Positions 24,081-35,839 are shown, counted from the stretch's first letter. The stretch is 64,000 nucleotides of DNA from Selaginella moellendorffii (GCF_000143415.4 NW_003314404.1:62001-126000); one strand, 5' to 3'. Program-made: numbers and translations. Notes: generated by a model not told the origin, from the letters alone.

Positions 24081-26418
24081 CTATACATGGTGGAATTTTG
24101 GTTTATTGGTAGAGCTAGGAAGAATTGGCTCCCAAGTTCCAAGGAAAACGACGATCGCAAAGCCGCCAAGGAAAGAAAATAGTAGCTGATTACCTGTAGA
24201 GAGGGAGCGTAAACTTGCGAGCAAGCATTCGCATTGTTTACCAGGAAGAAATGTGGTGTCTGGTCGGGCCTGGGCACACGAGAATCTACACGAGAAACAA
24301 ACGCACATATGCTGAGAACGAAACCTGAGGGACTTACATGAAGCCTCCAATTGAAGGGCCTAAAGCTCGAGAGAGAGAAACGAGGCTGGTTGAAATGCCA
24401 TTTGCAGTTCCTAGCTGCGATATTTCCTGGAATGGAAAATATCATCGTTTCAGGCTCACATCCAAATACATACCACTGAGTTGTTGACGAGAATAAACAA
24501 CGCAGTGATTGTTACTGCCTGCAATATCGAAGAGAAGAGAAATCTAGAAAAGTAAATGGTGAAACAAGTCGTACCGATAAGCCGGTTTTAATAACTATAA
24601 CGATAATCACGGTAACGTAGCAAGCAACACCTTGAAGCTTTGGGAGAAATGGATATGGCACTAACACTATTAGGCTTAGAACCTGAAAAACAAGGAAGAT
24701 CCTGGAATGGTAAACGAAATATACTTACAGTGCCTGTCCGCGCTACCAAAATTGGACCATAACGGTTTATGAGCATGGGAAAAATAAACAGCATATTAAA
24801 CACCAGGCAAACACCTGAGATGGAAAAAATAAAAGAGAAAACAATGTCACAGCTTGAAATAAACTCTTGAGTTCGTCACCTGTAAATGCGAGAACCAAAC
24901 CAACAGTTTGGCTTGACCATCTGAGTCCACCAGGACTTACAGCCCAAAGTGGAAAAGTCTGCAAATTTGACCAAAAAAATGATAACGAAGAAACATAAAG
25001 GAGAAATCGAAACCAAAGTTTTACCTCATTGTATGAAATCTCGTGAAAAGCCCACAAGCAGTAGACGACGTTGGATATCCAGAAAGAATAGTTTCTAAAT
25101 ATCGAGTTACTCTTCTCGCTTTTGTTGGGAGATGCAATGATATGGTTATGCCGAGTTTCCTGGTGAGAGCACTCGCGATCAGATAATCTACTGGAAATTC
25201 AGGACTCACCGGAAGGTGGAGGAGGGAAAACATCAAAAAAAAAGTGAATAACGACAATGCTAGCGGTGGAAGCAAATACGGATATCTGTTCAAGCGTTTT
25301 TGTACAGAACACTTCTTCGTCAGAACATTCCGCCTACCTGTCAAAGAACGTGTTCTCAAAAAGACCAGGATACTTCTCTGCAGGCTGGAAACAGAGAAAA
25401 GCAAGTAAAGAAGAGGAGTAAGATATAGATCTCCAAGTGATGAAACCTTTGATAAAAAGCCTCCAATGCTTGGACCAATGATCAGTCCCAGTCCCCAAAC
25501 TATAGTATTCTAGAAATCAAGAAAAACGTTATGCCGATCTCGGAACCCAGAGGATCTAAAGCTTACAGTCGACAGTCCAAAAGGGCGATGCTCAATACTA
25601 GAAATCTCCGTCGCATAAACCTGGGAAACGTTCGCTAAACGCAGAAACTTTATATTCTACTTACCGCCAAAATGGCAAACAGACCATTGCCCGCTCCAAG
25701 CAGAAAGCGCGTTATGAATGCCATCCAGACAGAGGTACTCACACCGAACAAAGCATTGAACACAATCCTGCAGGTAATGACGAGAATAAGAAAAAACATG
25801 TAACCACGAATGAAGCCTTACAAGGAGAGCATCCCGCAAAAGATGACCGGTTTTCTTCCGTGGTGATCGGCCATATATCCCCACGCAAAACCGGTAGCAG
25901 TTCTTCCAACCATGTATCCACTGGCTGTTTAGCTTAATGAATAACAAAGAAAGAAGGAAGAAATCACTGCATTACCAATGAGGCCGGCGAATGTGCCAAT
26001 CTTCCTCTTGTCGACATGGAAATCTTCAACCTGTTGAAAGCGAAAACAAAGGACTATAGGTGAAGCAGTATCAACGTTGTATGCCGTACCATAAAATAAA
26101 GGAATGGATAGAGGATCTGGATCGGTAGCGCTGCGCGGCAAAGAATGGAACTGTTTTGGTGATCTCAAGTGTAGTCTCTCAAGTTACCATTCAGCATCGA
26201 CATGGTTAGGACGACGAGCATCATTCCTCTGGGAAAAGGAGCTCCCGAGCGTTGCAAATGCGAGCATTTGCATCCGGGGCATCCCTCCACGATGTGCGTT
26301 TGGTGCTGCTCCTCGTCCTCAGGGGCGAGCAAACCCTGTAAACAGTTGATTGAGAATCAAAACCGAGCAAAGAACATCGCCATACCTCGCAGAGCGCGTT
26401 GAAAGAGCTCTGGGACAT
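24081..26418 (-). CDS. ZIF1/ZIFL-type major facilitator superfamily transporter (~16-17 short exons)
   Basis: GCPGCK N-terminal motif, ALPIQILYPFLYFM, WGYMADHHGRKPVI, WGLGLIIGPSIGGFLSKPAEKYP, TFPLWAVSP, GTANGIS...RALGPSIGG, FLPGNQ. Every exon joins in frame through GT-AG introns. Stop at 24081. Confidence 0.9.
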
Positions 26419-26984
26419 CTCAATAGTTGTGAAATATCAAAGTTTGGACACTTTACATGTCCGCGTAAGACAAGATCGTGGTAAGATGTCCAATCCTTTA
26501 ACAGTCCAGATTGTACAAAACTGAGGAGTAAAGAAAGAAAGTGAATTTGAGCAAGGAAGTAGACAATGATCGCTGCACAATGCTCCAAATCAAATGAAGG
26601 ATTAAACAAACTTCAATGTTGAGTTGCAAGAATGAGCTCACAAATGGCAAACCGCAGAGCGAAAATGACTCCATGATCGCCAGACTTTTTATTTACAGCA
26701 GTTGCTATCTGAAAGAGTAATCATAAATCATCACAAACAGTTAACTAAACCGAGAATGACTAGACGACATAGAGAGATAAAATATTTCATAGTTTGCAAA
26801 AATAATTTTTCTTTCCTCAAAATCACACAAGCACCACAAAGGTGAAGAAAAGATGGAAAGTAAATCGATACCTGGATTGCGGCATCAGATTTTGGGGGAA
26901 GGACTAAAGCATATAACTCTGCAAAAAAACAAAAAAAAACACCAGTTTTTGTTTACAAGAAAGTGCTTAAAATTTCCCGCGAGT

Positions 26985-28261
26985 GAAGCCTCCAATTGAA
27001 GGGCCTAGAAAGAAACAAGGCTCCATTTGCAGTTTCTAGCTGCGATTTTTCCTGTGTCCCTTCGTTTTCGAGCTCGCAACTGAATACATGCCACTGAGTT
27101 GTTGACGAGAATAAAGAACACAGTCCCTGCAATATCGAATAGAAGAGAAATCTAGGAAACGAAATGGTGAAACGAGTCGTACCGATAAGCCAGTTTTAAT
27201 AACTACAACGATGAGACAGTATAGCAAGCAACACCTTGAAGCTTTGGGAGAAATGGATATGGCAGTAACACTAGTACAACAAGGACGCCACCGACGCAAA
27301 AAAGATAATCCAACTTGCATTTTTGCATCCATCAGTCTCATGCTTCCAGTTGGGCACTATAAGACTATCAAAACAGCATATATAGATAGATAGAACCTGT
27401 AAGACTCTGAAATGGTAACCAAAATATACTTACAGTACCTGTCCGAGGAACCAAAATTGGATCATATCGGCTTACGAGTCCATATTCAGAGTCTGCAAAC
27501 AGTTGATTGTGAATCCAGAAACCTTCCATACCTCGCAGAGCTCGTTGAAAGAAGTCTGGGACATACACTTTATAAGATGTCTATTGCTCAACTCGAACAC
27601 GATTGATAATACTTGTACAAAACTATTCAATGTAATAAGAAAAGGACAGGAAGAAAGTGAAAAAGAGGGATCTACAAACGAAGGAATGATCGAGCAAAAG
27701 TCAATGTTATGTCAAGAATGAGTTCAGAAATTGCAGCGAAAATGAGTATATGCGTGAAACAAACACAAACACGCGAAAAAACTTTCATAGTTTGCAAGAG
27801 AATAGAACGCGAACCTTCTTTCGGGGCAGCCAGATAGCTTTGTTTTCCTGCTCCAGAGAAACTATACCTTCAAGCATGTAGGAGCAGAGAAATAAAAGAA
27901 GCTGTCTCGCATATACAATGCGTTTCCACTACCACAGTACTGCCAACCTCGTCCAGAAGCTGTTGCGAAATAAGATCTTCCTAGCACAGCATGAGTTAAA
28001 GAGAGAACTAAAAAAAAGGAATACGAACAGTGGACGTCGGTACCGACTATACGAGACGGCAACGAAATGAAAACGAGTGCTGCCAGATCCACTAACTCTG
28101 CAAACATATATAAAACTACACATTTTTAATGATAGAACTCACAAAATAAATGTGCAAGAACTGGCAATACCATCGAAGAAACTACATTCTTTTCCCGAAA
28201 TCAACCACAAAAGCGTGAGAATGAAAGAACCACTAAGAGATGGAAGCTAGAGGGATACCTG
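26985..28261 (-). pseudogene. Second ZIFL paralog with large internal deletions
   Basis: 26985-27270 matches 24340-24670. 27395-27470 matches 24680-24765. 27520-27800 matches exon 1 and the 5' UTR (26385-26800). 28190-28261 matches 26810-26875. The central exons are missing. Confidence 0.8.
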
Positions 28262-28301
28262 CCCTCAAGAGCCCTAACGTTTAGAAACTCAAAGTTAAAA
28301 A

Positions 28302-29216
28302 ATGGGGGGAGCGCGTCATTGGCGATCCGCCGAGAGATCTCGCAATGTCCACATCGCCAGCTCCTCCGGCGCTCTCACACAGGTAAAGCTGGTCCCTGAC
28401 TGCCCTGCAAATCCCATTCCTTTCTTTATGAGCCCTTGCTTGTTTCGTGTCGGAAACGAAGAAGCGCTCTGTGTATGTGTGTGTCTTTGCCGTGTCTTGA
28501 ATCAAGCAGCCATGTCCAGCGCTGTATAGCCTAGATGGATCATCATCGCAGCTTTATTCTGTGCCCAGCGAGATCTTTTTGTTGGAGCACTTTTCCTTTT
28601 GGCATAGCTCGTCTCGCCTGTGTGTTAAGTTTCCTCCCTCTTCGTGTTCAGTCCATCTTCGGCTGGATTTGCCTTGCTGGTAGGATGCATTCGTGCCAGA
28701 GATGGAAAAGAAGGCAAGAAACTCACTCGCGGTCGCTCACTGCGATTTCTGCTTGGTATGTGATATTTTTCCTAGCTTTGGTGCACGGAAAAGAACACGG
28801 TGTTCTTTTGTGCTTGTTGTCCTTGCGTCAATCACTGTGTCATTGACGCCATTACGTCGCTGTGTCTGTAGGACGTCGTTTCGCGAGTGTGAATGAGGAT
28901 GAAACTACAGCTTGCTCTCTCCCTTATCCTTTCGATCCGAACTTTGCTTTCCCGTTTTTACGTTCTTGCCTTACTCCCGTTTTTCTTTGTTCCCGCAAGC
29001 ACGCATTTCCAGGAGTGGAAGAGTACGATTGAGTTTTTGGAGCTCTCCATAGATTGGTGCACGAGTACTCATCGCAAACATATGGACTACAACTCTCCTC
29101 CCGTCCTGAAACTCGCTGGAGCGTTTGAGAGCAACGAGACATATCGATATGGGACACACGCAGACAAGCCTTTGACAGGACACTCGTGGAAGCGAGAAAC
29201 ATGGACACATGAATGA
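28302..29216 (+). CDS. Candidate 118-aa orphan protein; exons 28302-28382, 28684-28755, 29013-29216
   Basis: Three open exons joined by phase-0 GT-AG introns (CAG|GTAAAG, TTG|GTATGT, TAG| and CCAG| acceptors). No recognisable domain. Confidence 0.35.
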
Positions 29217-30094
29217 GTTTGGAGGCCATTGTTGCTTGCAATCCAATCCAAAGGAAGGTCAAGATCTCTCTCGTCTCACGACAGTCCTACAATCTGTCCG
29301 TGATGCTGGCAATCATCGCCCATCCCCTCCGCAGTGGATCCAAGCTCCAAACACGCGAGCTCCTTCGCTGCTGCCGGGAAAATATCTTCCGGTCTTCGTC
29401 ATCTCTCATCTCGACGCTCCACCCTCTCCCAGGACGGCTTTCGGGTGGAGAAGTTAAAGTTGGAAGGCAAGCAGATTTTTCCTTCTTTTATTTTTGTTTT
29501 CCTCTCTTAACTCTGGATGCCATGCTCCTGCTGCTGCAGCTGATGATGATGGAACAGGAGTGACAGCGAACAGAAGGAGAGATAAAAGTTTCCATTGCGT
29601 CGTACGAGCCGGGGGACCATATCTGAGTGGCTGCTGCTCGCTCCTGGGACTAATTTATTGATTCGGCAGCAGTGCAAGATCCAGAAGGATTTGAGTGGCT
29701 GGCGCGACTTGCTGTTGGGCGATGATTGACCAAACGACCTTCCAACGGTGAATTTCCTTCAGCTGAAACGCAAACAAGGAAAGAAAGAGAAACAAAGAAC
29801 AAAGAACAAAAGTCCATGTTAGAACGAAAACGACATGAAACTCTTCAAATCGTGAGACTCTGATATTCTTCTTTTACTTGCGAGAATCATCATCTTCATC
29901 ATCATCATCATCGACCATCACCACCGGGAAGGAAAGAAACTCCTGGACTCGACCCGACTCGACTTGACTCGAGATCAAAGCCCCCGACTTTTGAACCAGG
30001 TGGAAACGTCTTCCTACAAACTCCCGGAGATGGAACTTTGGGAACTTCCGGGGCGGATCCGCTGCTACGCTACGAGATACTTGAGAGAGGTATG

Positions 30095-30406
30095 TCACTT
30101 GTTGTGCATCGGATTGGGAGCACTCCTCACGTAATGCAGATCATCCTCGGCCGGGGCGGAATCGAGCTTGTTGGAGTTCGTGTCCGGGGCAACGAACTGA
30201 GTGGTGGCAGCAGCAGGATCGAGAGGAGCAACGCTGGTAGCCGAGCCCGGCGGCGTTTGAGACGCGAGCTCCTCCGCCTTGTGCTGCTGCTTCATGGCTT
30301 GGGCCAGCTTTCGACTGCTCGCCGAGACCGGGAAGACAAAGTAACAGGACAAAGCCATGGCCAACAAGAGGAAAACCACGGCATTCTTCGAGCTTCTCTC
30401 GGCCAT
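30095..30406 (-). CDS. CLE-family secreted peptide precursor (103 aa)
   Basis: Signal peptide MAERSSKNAVVFLLLAMALSCYFVFPVSA, an RKL motif, a variable region, and C-terminal dodecapeptide HYVRSAPNPMHN followed by K and stop. Confidence 0.85.
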   Translation of the reverse strand: MAERSSKNAVVFLLLAMALSCYFVFPVSASSRKLAQAMKQQHKAEELASQTPPGSATSVAPLDPAAATTQFVAPDTNSNKLDSAPAEDDLHYVRSAPNPMHNK

Positions 30407-32065
30407 ACTTCCGCTGACAACTTTCGGGGGAAACGAAACCAGCAACGACAAGAGCAAGCAAACAAAACGTTGGAGATGAATTCTCGGCCGAAAGCGAGGA
30501 GGAAGCAGAACAAGAGAGAAAGTAAAAACGCTTGGAAGAAATTCTTTGGGGACGGCAGTATTTATACTCCCCAATCTCCTCATCAAGGAGGCGAGAGCGT
30601 ACACACACATGAAGCGAGGCTTTTTAATCTGACCTCCAAAGTACACTGAGTCAAACGCGCAAAGCAACGCTTCAAGTGAGAAAATGGTTATAAAGAGGAT
30701 ATAAGAAGAATGTTGTGTGTGTCAAGAGAGAGATGGATGACAAGCTTAAAGGCACGGGTCCTGTTAAAAATAGAAGTCTAACAGGGACTGTTAACTCCAT
30801 TGCTTGTGGTCACTTCCATTCAAAGTGGCATGTAGCCATGTGTGTGTAGTACTCTGGGTATAGTGACAGTATAACCCACCACCGTGTACGTACGTGATAC
30901 ATCTTTTTCTTTTTCTTTTTGTTTGATCTCTGGATCTGTCACTTCCATCGCAACTTAGAGGAAGAAGAGCATTGGAGGTCATGTCACTACATGGGATCAC
31001 TTTGGGCTGTTTATCCAATTTCTATGGAGGGGTGGTGTGGTCACAGTCTGCTTCATTCAATCTGGCGACGTAGCTCCTCGCTAGGCAAAAACTGAAATAA
31101 ATTCGTTGGGTAGCTGCAGGTGTTCTTATTAAGTTTCTTTTTTGGAAAATGCGTGCTTTTCTTTTGTTTTCCTGCGATTAAAGAGAGTTTGGGGGGTCAA
31201 AAAAGGCAAGAAAATTTGTCTTGTTTTGCGGTGTGATTGCATTGGTGTTGCGTGTTTTTGGGGCGCACCGTCGTGGTACGCATGTTTGTTGCCCGATTAT
31301 AACACCATTCCAAATAATTTAAAGAAAGAAAGAAATACAGTATATATATATTTTTTGGTTTCTCATGCCTGGAAAATGTATTTCGTTTTCTTTATGTGGA
31401 TCGACGAGGAAACACGTCCTTGATCACTGCCAGGGATGCACTGTGCGGGTGGCAGCACCTCCACCGCTAAATCAATGCACCAAATTGTTTTGGACCCCAT
31501 GGGTTGCCAAGTCGGTGGGGGAAAGATGGGAAAGATTGAGTTAGCTAGCGTCAAGTTTCTCTCTTCTTTGATGTGAAGAACAAGCAAGCGAGAAGCCTTT
31601 GAAAGATCTATCGCTCATCTCTCATGACAAATGCTCCCATGAATCGCTCACAAATCCACCTTTGCTAGCATCTTTGCTTTTGGTAGTGAGTAAAATCGAG
31701 GCACACCCACAAACAAAGCATGCTCAAGACGGATCTCCCACTTTTCTTGTCCTTGGAGGGAAAATTTCTTGGTTTGCTCCAAGCTTTTGGCTGCAAGTCT
31801 GTAATAATAATGGGTGTGTTGTTCTACACATCTCGAGGCGGCCGATCCATCCAGACACAGCCAAATGGAGCCACTGCCAAGAGCATCTTTCTCTTTTCTT
31901 GTCAATGCCCTTACAGCCGCTTGGAAATGAATGAGTCTTTTCTATATGCTGACAATAACAATAATAATAATAGCAGCAGTAATAATAAGTTATTATTATT
32001 TTAAAGAAAGCAGAAAACCTCGATCGCCCACGTTGTAGCAAGCTCTCAAAAGTTGCTCTCCGACG

Positions 32066-35000
32066 ATGGCGAAGTCCCTATCTCTCAGATTTTATATTTT
32101 TCCTTCAAGACCTGATGCTGCGAAGAAGATCCTGGCAGTTGTCCGGCAACTCCACGAGGGGCTGCTGCCCAATCGGGTTGGATGTTGTAGCGACACACAG
32201 CTAGCTGCGCATAAAAAGTTTCTAGAACGAGCCACCATCAATCCAAAAAACGATGGTACTTAGTTTGATCCAGAAGCTTTGGCTGGCAGTGTGCCAGCAA
32301 ATGTGAATTATGTCGAGCTCGGTCTCCGCTACTATCTCGGGTGCCCGGCTAGGCATATCGGCCCCAACCTCGGCTGCCCGACTCAACAGTGGATGCTTGC
32401 TCGTTCTGCTAGAAGGCCAAGGTCGTCTCGCTATCTCCATCTTTCCGCGGGTGATTTTCACGAATCCAACACCCAAGATGGTGGCAGGCTGGCGAGGTCT
32501 TTGCGAGAATGCGCTCGCAGCAGGGATCTCTCCAGGGGTAAGTCCCTACACAGGCAGATTACTGGATCGGGGATGGGATCTGATAGATTCCTGGCAAATC
32601 TTCTCATGGAGATGTATGGAAAGTGCCAGGACGTGGGTAAGGCAGATGCGGTGTTTAGAAGCATGGGCGACAGGAACGTTTTCTCGTGGAACATTATCAT
32701 TGCGGCAAATGCCCAGACCGGGCATGGCAAGAAGGCATTGCATTTGTTTCGAGAGATGGATCTGGAAGGAGTCAAGCCGAGCGAAGTAACGTTTGTGAGC
32801 GTCATATCGTCGGTCTCCGAGCTTGGTTCGATCGATCTAGCGGTTTATGTACGTGCTCGCGTGGATGCCTGTGGATTTGGAGCTCATCTCGTCGTGGGGA
32901 CGGCGCTCATCGGTATGTATGGCCGATGCAAGCGACCGGGAGAAGCTCGCGAGATATTCGACAGCCTACGTGAGAAGAACGTAGTGTCCTGGACAAGTAT
33001 GATCCGAGCGTATGCTCTAAGTGGCCAAAACCGAGAGGCCGTGAAGCTCTACAAGGCTATGGACGTGACTCCAAACGAGTATACTCTGGCTTCCATCGCC
33101 GAGGCCTGCGAGAATCTGGAAGAAGCAAGGGAGATCGAGACAAGAGCCGTGGATGGCGGTTTTGGATCCGTGAGAGCCGTGGCACTGGCGATCGTTGGCA
33201 TGTTTTGCAAGCTCGGGAGCCTGGACGATGCGCGGAGATACTTGATCCGGCACGACGCAAAAAACGTTTTTTGCTGGAACCAACTGATCGCAGCGCAAGG
33301 CCGGAGCTCGAGCTCGAGCACGGCTATGGATTTGTACCGGGAAATGCGACGAAACCACGGCGTGGAGCCCGACTGCGTCACGTACCTCGAGCTCCTCAAG
33401 GTGTGCTCGGACTGGAAGCTCGGGCGGGAGCTCCATGCAAGCGTTTTGGAGCACGGATTCGAGCAGGACGAGGTCGTGAGCAGCGCGCTGGTGACGATGC
33501 ATGGGAGATGTGCCATGCCAGACGCCGCGAGGAAGATCTTCGCAAGCATCGAGAGGAAGAACGTCGTATCCTGGACGACGATGATCGCGGCCTACGCGCA
33601 GAGCGATCGCAGCGACGAGGCGATGGAGCTTTTCCACGCCATGGACTTGGAAGGCGTGAGGCCGAGCGAGCAGACGTTCGTGAGCGTCGTGCACGCGCTG
33701 GCATCCAGTTCTTCTTCCAGGGACGAGCTTGCCGCGCTCGCGGCGGCGAGATCGCTCGAGGAGCGCGCGCTGCGATCCGGGCTAGGAATCGATGGCGTGC
33801 TCGGGAATGCGATGGTGGACTTGTACGGCAAGCGCCGGCGGCCGGACGAGGCGAGGGGAGTCTTTGACGCGATGCGCTCGAGGAGCGCGGTGGCGTGGAC
33901 TGCGATGATCCAGGCCTACGCCCAGAGCGGCCGCCGCGAGGAAGCGTTCGCGCTGTTTCGCGAGATGGAGATCGAGCCGGCTGCGACGACGTTTGTGAGC
34001 GTGCTTGAGGCCTGCGCAGGGAGCTCCGACTTGGACGCCGGGCGGGAGGTTCACTCCGCGGTTGTGTCGCGCGGCTTGGAGTCGGACGTGTTCGTGGGCA
34101 CCGCGCTGATCGACATGTTTGGCAAGTGCGGTGATTGCGACGCTGCGCGATCGTCATTCGAGCGCATTGCCGACAAAACCATCGTGCCGTGGAACGCCAT
34201 GCTCGCGGTCTACGTCCAAAACGGCCGCCCGAGAGACGCGCTCGAGCTCTTGAACCACGGCGGTACAGTCAACGGCAGGGGCGGTACGGTCAAACTAGTC
34301 AATGCGACGGGCGGCACTGGCGGCGTGACGCCGGACAAGATCACATTCGTGCTCCTGCTGAACGCGTGTGGCGCGCTGGGCGAGATAGCGGTGGGGAGAG
34401 CGCTCCACCGTGATGCCATCCCGGGCGAGCTCTTGGGCGAGAGCTCGTGCATCGGCAACGCGCTGGTGGCCATGTACGCGAGCTGCGGGAGCTTGGAGGA
34501 GGCCCGCGTGGCATTCCGCGGCATCCAGCGTAAGAGCCTCGCGAGCTGGAACGCCATGGCTGGGGCTGTGGCGGCGCTGGGCGGGTCACGATCTTGGAGC
34601 GCGAGCATGGAGCTCTTCTCGGAGATGGAGCTCCAAGGATTCAACGCGGACGAGGCGAGCTTGGCAGGGATACTCTCGGGATGCAGCCACGCCGGATTGA
34701 AGCACCAAGGGTGGCGGATCTTTGTGTCCATGACCGATGACTTTGGAGTACCTTGCAGCGCTGTGCACTACGTTTGCATCGTCGACATGCTTGGTCGGCT
34801 GGGGCAGCTCGACGAGGCCGAGAGCTTGCTGGGCAGCATGCCATATCAGCCGGGGCTGGTGGGCTGGATGACGCTGCTGGGGGCGTGCGGTAAGCACGGT
34901 GACGTATGCCGAGGCGCCATTGCCGCGCAGCATGCCGCGGAGCTTAACGACCGGAACGCTGCCGCTAACTACGTGCTGCTGGCTAACATGTATGCAGGGA

Positions 35001-35839
35001 TCATGTATGCTACCGAAGGTGGAGAGTTTTGAACTATGACAAGTTTGTCAGTGGCAAGCGTTTTCCTCTGTTGTTTTTCTTTTGTTTTTTAAAGTTGTTA
35101 TTTGAAGAAAAATTCCCTGCTAGAGAAGATCAGAGAATGCCGTTGGTGCCAACCAGCTTGATTCATTTCGCTCTCTAATATTAAAGTTGGAAGAACTTTC
35201 CCTCCGAGATTTTGAGATGGTTCTAAATCTTTATTATGGTTTCACAGGAGAGAATGGGCATTAGGAGGCGATTACAAGTTATTCTCTGCTGTAGAATCCC
35301 CAGCGATGAAGGAAAGACAAGGTCAAGTGATCCTCCATAATCTTTAGAGTCTTTCAGGAGTGGCTGGAAATAAAGAAAGTTGTGACATTGAAGTGATTTT
35401 GACGTATGCGCTACCACTCTCGCAGAATTCAGGGCTTCCGCGTTCGGGAACTCGAGGCCAGCGATGATCCAGAATCTTCACCACTAAAAAATGCATCCAA
35501 GGTTCTTCTAACTTCGAATTGGAATTGGAGATAGCCTCTAGATCTACTGTCTTTCAGATGGAGCAAGGGGTAGAAGTAGTAGATCGCAGCGACAAATGTC
35601 TCAACAAGGAGAAAGAAGCACAATTGGCAGCACTTGCCAGGATCCAGGACAAGATTCAAAAGATCATAGAGCGGTTGAGCTGCAAGGACGCGAATCTGGC
35701 CAAGAGACCGTGGAGCAGTGCCATGGAGGGAAGTGAGAGCCAGGGTCCCAAATTCTGGGAGGATCAAATACAGGCTGCCATTGCCAGGCTGCAATCGCTA
35801 AGTGGAGATTTGGCCGAGAGTTCAGCTCCCAGTAAATAA
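32066..35839 (+). CDS. Putative host gene for an uncharacterised protein, with exons flanking the PPR ORF: ~32066-32255, ~32298-32421, 34998-35046, 35124-~35185, ~35248-35321, 35426-35501, 35558-35839
   Basis: Protein-like open exons (MAKSLSLRFYIFPSRPD...; NVNYVELGLRYYLGCPARHIGPNLGCPTQQWMLA; RDHVCYRRWRVLNYDKF; RLQVILCCRIP; IQGFRV; coiled-coil C-terminus) with mostly phase-compatible splice sites. The first intron (42 nt) and the junction near 35185-35247 are uncertain. Confidence 0.5.
32393..35032 (+). CDS. PLS-class pentatricopeptide repeat protein ending in an E motif (no DYW); probable organellar RNA-editing factor
   Basis: Uninterrupted ORF with P-L-S triplets (NVFSWNIIIAA, VGTALIGMYGRC, NVVSWTTMIAAYAQ, DKITFVLLLNAC) and an E region (HYVCIVDMLGRLG...WMTLLGAC...YVLLANMYA). 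First in-frame ATG at 32393; the frame is open from 32279. Confidence 0.93.
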   Translation: MLARSARRPRSSRYLHLSAGDFHESNTQDGGRLARSLRECARSRDLSRGKSLHRQITGSGMGSDRFLANLLMEMYGKCQDVGKADAVFRSMGDRNVFSWNIIIAANAQTGHGKKALHLFREMDLEGVKPSEVTFVSVISSVSELGSIDLAVYVRARVDACGFGAHLVVGTALIGMYGRCKRPGEAREIFDSLREKNVVSWTSMIRAYALSGQNREAVKLYKAMDVTPNEYTLASIAEACENLEEAREIETRAVDGGFGSVRAVALAIVGMFCKLGSLDDARRYLIRHDAKNVFCWNQLIAAQGRSSSSSTAMDLYREMRRNHGVEPDCVTYLELLKVCSDWKLGRELHASVLEHGFEQDEVVSSALVTMHGRCAMPDAARKIFASIERKNVVSWTTMIAAYAQSDRSDEAMELFHAMDLEGVRPSEQTFVSVVHALASSSSSRDELAALAAARSLEERALRSGLGIDGVLGNAMVDLYGKRRRPDEARGVFDAMRSRSAVAWTAMIQAYAQSGRREEAFALFREMEIEPAATTFVSVLEACAGSSDLDAGREVHSAVVSRGLESDVFVGTALIDMFGKCGDCDAARSSFERIADKTIVPWNAMLAVYVQNGRPRDALELLNHGGTVNGRGGTVKLVNATGGTGGVTPDKITFVLLLNACGALGEIAVGRALHRDAIPGELLGESSCIGNALVAMYASCGSLEEARVAFRGIQRKSLASWNAMAGAVAALGGSRSWSASMELFSEMELQGFNADEASLAGILSGCSHAGLKHQGWRIFVSMTDDFGVPCSAVHYVCIVDMLGRLGQLDEAESLLGSMPYQPGLVGWMTLLGACGKHGDVCRGAIAAQHAAELNDRNAAANYVLLANMYAGIMYATEGGEF

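Noticed and set aside
33017-34933. Antisense ORFs over the PPR (likewise over the kinase and BELL)
   Set aside because: Expected shadow ORFs of GC-rich coding sequence.
35358-35403. Extra host-gene exon GVAGNKESCDIEVILT
   Set aside because: Would need 36-nt and 22-nt introns, which are implausibly short. A single 35322-35425 intron fits better.
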